36,666 bases of DNA from Klebsormidium nitens (taxonomy: Eukaryota > Plantae > Klebsormidiophyceae). The stretch is taken from assembly GCA_000708835.1 (NCBI GenBank), contig DF237378.1, forward strand, positions 1-36,666, written 5' to 3'. This document shows, one piece after another, positions 33,440-36,666 of the stretch. Made by a program: the position numbers and the translations under genes. Within the stretch, counting starts at the first letter, position 1, and each line of letters starts with the position of its first letter. The notes below the pieces were generated by a model. That model was given only the letters and a program-made list of their open reading frames with translations, was not told the DNA's origin and ran no database searches.

Positions 33440-34064
33440 TGTTAGAAGTATTTGCGCNNNNNNNNNNNNNNNNNNNNNNNNNNNNNNNNNNNNNNNNNNN
33501 NNNNNNNNNNNNNNNNNNNNNNNNNNNNNNNNNNNNNNNNNNNNNNNNNNNNNNNNNNNNNNNNNNNNNNNNNNNNNNNNNNNNNNNNNNNNNNNNNNNN
33601 NNNNNNNNNNNNNNNNNNNNNNNNNNNNNNNNNNNNNNNNNNNNNNNNNNNNNNNNNNNNNNNNNNNNNNNNNNNNNNNNNNNNNNNNNNNNNNNNNNNN
33701 NNNNNNNNNNNNNNNNNNNNNNNNNNNNNNNNNNNNNNNNNNNNNNNNNNNNNNNNNNNNNNNNNNNNNNNNNNNNNNNNNNNNNNNNNNNNNNNNNNNN
33801 NNNNNNNNNNNNNNNNNNNNNNNNNNNNNNNNNNNNNNNNNNNNNNNNNNNNNNNNNNNNNNNNNNNNNNNNNNNNNNNNNNNNNNNNNNNNNNNNNNNN
33901 NNNNNNNNNNNNNNNNNNNNNNNNNNNNNNNNNNNNNNNNNNNNNNNNNNNNNNNNNNNNNNNNNNNNNNNNNNNNNNNNNNNNNNNNNNNNNNNNNNNN
34001 NNNNNNNNNNNNNNNNNNNNNNNNNNNNNNNNNNNNNNNNNNNNNNNNNNNNNNACTTCTAACA
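33440..34064. mobile_element. Probable LTR-retrotransposon sequence collapsed in the assembly gap
   Basis: The gap is bounded by TGTTAGAAGT(ATTTGCGC) at 33440 and its exact reverse complement ACTTCTAACA at 34055-34064. This is the same 10-mer that starts the copia LTR at 25902/27830. Flanks CATCT and TAGCC do not form a TSD. Confidence 0.5.
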
Positions 34065-34794
34065 TAGCCCATACTCCTGAAGATTTTGATCCACAGCGCC
34101 CTTCAATGACGCCTTTTCACGAAAGCGGTGCACGAATGCAAGTCTTTTTGTAGTTTCCAATTTGTGTCGCAAGCATGCCTGGCGAATGTTGTGCTGCTTA
34201 TCATAAGCTCAAGCAAAGCCTTTTTGTGTCGGGCTAAGAATCCCTGCTCTCTCCTGGGTGAGGATCAGATTTGACTAACAGCCCATGCAGCGCAGAAACG
34301 TGGTTAACCTCCTCACCGAAACATGAGCCATTCTTCTCTTTGTCTTCGTCAAGCAGAAACAGAAGACAAGACCAAAGCGTCTTCGCAAACATAACTGGGC
34401 GGTACTGTATCATCCAAGCGGTCGGGTTTCTCTTGAGATCTCAACCTCTTGATTGGCCAGGGGCAGAATGAGCTGGGGGCCTTGTGTACGGGCCTCACGG
34501 GCCCGCGCACGCGCGCGCGTTTTTGGGCTCAAGGTGGTGGTCAGGCTATGGCTTCAATCCGACAAACGTGGCGTGGTTTCAGAGGGCGGCCGTCTCTTAA
34601 TGCGCGCGCGTAGCAAGCTTTCCGACGCCAGCCGTCGTCTCGGAGCGTTGCGTCCATCCTGTCCGGCTGCTTAAACGTCTCCGAAATCGAAATCACTGTG
34701 AAAGCCTGTAATGTTTTTGAGAGGGTCTGTTCGAGACGTCAGCATGAGAAGAGGGAGTGGGTCGCTTACAGAATAAAAGGAACCAACAGAGCCC

Positions 34795-35459
34795 TCAAGT
34801 CGAGGGGACTGGAGTTGGTACTTGATAGACGGAACTGTTGATCCCCGGACCAATGAAATGGATGGTCTCCTGAAAAAGGAGAATTCTGTTGACCTCTGTC
34901 ACGTGACAAAGGCTTGAGCGCCTGCGTTAACGATAGCAACCTAGCTCGACGTGGTCATTCTTTCGGCGTTTCAGAGGATTGGCAATGATTTATAGCCGTT
35001 AATCTGGGTGGTACACCCAGTGACGGTGACTGGACCCTTGGTGAAGATCGATGCCGCATCCGTCTTAGGCAGGTTCAAGTTGATCGTCTTACTTTTAAGC
35101 AGTTGCTGACGGGCGCCTTTTGGTACTTGGTCCCAGTTGCTGCGGTCAGAACCAGTCCGCCCTGCAGAACACAGGACCTTTTGGCCACTAACCATGGTTG
35201 GTTACGGTCTCATTATATTTCCAATAACTTGAAAAGAAGGTCTGGTAAAAGCCTGGTTATACTGGCTGAAACTTCCTGTGGAAACCGTAAGGTCATGATA
35301 CGCCTGTTGGAAGACGCTCGGGTTCATTCGCTTTCTAATCTGAGAGTTTAATTCAACCTGACGGGAAAAGTCTGACTTTCGTGGAGGGCACGTGAAGAGC
35401 TCGGGAATGCATGGCATCAAGAACGGTGGCTTTGTCCGGATTACACCCGGCAGCAAACC
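34795..35459 (-). CDS. Probable 3' exons of a spliced gene, product unknown
   Basis: Exons 35459-35377, 35161-35093 and 34869-34795 have AG/GT boundaries (TTAG, CTGCAG, TTTTTCAG; GTCAGA, GTAAGA) and join in phase: FAAGCNPDKATVLDAMHSRALHVPSTK-GGLVLTAATGTKYQKAPVSNCLK-ETIHFIGPGINSSVYQVPTPVPST*. No family recognised. Confidence 0.4.
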
Positions 35460-36666
35460 CTAACGCATAAGCGGATACGTGCCGGACACTGAGCATTAAC
35501 GGGCTGGAACGTCTCAATTGCATGTAATCTTCTTGCCGAGTTGAAAGCAGGATTCTGAGCTTCGTCCTCTCACTTGCGCTAGACTCGAAGCGTACGTCAA
35601 AGCAGCGGTGACTTGACTAACTCTAAAGGGCTTTCACACTCGAGCTGATGGTGCAGAACAGATATAACTGGAGAATACTTGAGAATATTATGGGTATGAT
35701 ATTAGAGCACGTCGAGTAACGTTTTCACACCACACAATTCGTCGAAGAAGTGCTTAGCAATCCTCCGACCAAACTCGAAGAGAAGAATCCGAATGAGACG
35801 TCCACCCCCCCCCAAAAGACGGGCTCTGGTGATACTCGCTTGATGCTCGGTGTGCTGTGACGCTCCAGCGAATAGAGGCGTAGAGGATCTGACGCCAATA
35901 ATCTTATAGAAGCGTTTTGGGGATCTTGCACCGTTGCCTCCAGAGCTTCAGTCTTGATGCACGTCGATTTTTCGTTCGAGAAACTTTAGCATAAATCTAG
36001 CCGAAGATAAAGTGGCCATGAGGTAGTTGACGGTCCTGGCATATTACGTGGCCGCGCAGCAGGCCACTGTTTCGATCTGCAGTGGACCATTTTTGATAAG
36101 CCACACGATTTGGAGAAGGTTGCGGAGACCTGGAAAGTTGATACAAGATGTGAAAACGTGCTTTCATTCCCAATTCAGCATCACAACGCTGTATGACCGT
36201 TTACTTAGACGTCGTATATGTTGGAATGTTAATAATGCATGTCCTAGCGGCTTCGAATGCAAAAATTTACAGTCACTCTTTGCTGAATCCGAGAAGGTCC
36301 GGGCTGGGGCTGCTTTAGAAAAGCGAGCCGCGTCGTAACGGCTGCTACAAGTTTCTCAAACTTCGCGCAGGCGCCTCTTCACGTCGTCTTTTCTCGGGTA
36401 TCCCTCTTGCCGCGGCACTTGAATCCACAGTCTGGAATGCAGTTTCGCCAGCTTGCATAAGGTAGAAGCACTTTGACTGGTGGCAACGAAGAGGAGAGTC
36501 CACGTGGCGCATACGTGAACCCACCCGCCCACTTTCGCTCTGATGCCGCTTTACAGGTGGCTTGCTGGAAAAGTCCGGTTCCAAGTTCTAGGTTTGTCAG
36601 ACACAGTGATTTTTACAACTTCAAATATCCAACATCCGCGCAGATCTCGTTCTTAAAGAGGAAGAT

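Noticed and set aside
33378-34153. 200+ aa ORFs across the second gap
   Set aside because: Artefacts of translating Ns.
30028-34746. Recurrent TGACGTCAGCA (CRE/as-1-like bZIP site) at 30028, 32493, 32828 and partially 34735
   Set aside because: Three of the four read on the minus strand as GCTGAC branch points ~25-35 nt before pyrimidine-rich AG acceptors, and two copies are paralogous, so a transcription-factor site is not needed to explain them.
1-36666. tRNA, rRNA or snRNA genes
   Set aside because: No cloverleaf with T-loop/D-loop consensus or recognisable rRNA/snRNA sequence seen by eye; a covariance-model scan would be decisive.

Overview
Eukaryotic, intron-bearing, GC-rich, repeat-rich genomic DNA with two assembly gaps (25912-26023, 33458-34054). 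Canonical GT-AG splice sites and CTGAC branch points are visible. The composition would fit a green/streptophyte alga such as Klebsormidium, but that is inference only. Main content: (1) a spliced minus-strand gene for a secreted protein with a bacterial-type lamin-tail (LTD) domain, running off the left edge; (2) a 3.3-kb piggyBac-family DNA transposon (729-aa DDD transposase plus a probable frameshifted N-terminal extension) with atypical CACTA-like ends and no TTAA, flanked by an apparently identical 925-bp direct duplication; (3) an intronless CDS for a cyanobacterial-type RRM protein (RbpA-like); (4) a Ty1/copia LTR element with 5-bp TSD and PPT that encodes only Gag-protease; (5) LTR-like termini around the second gap; (6) several palindromic or MITE-like repeats, a likely sulfotransferase relic, and a probable spliced gene of unknown function near the right end. 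Most ORFs in the supplied track are shadow or chance ORFs.
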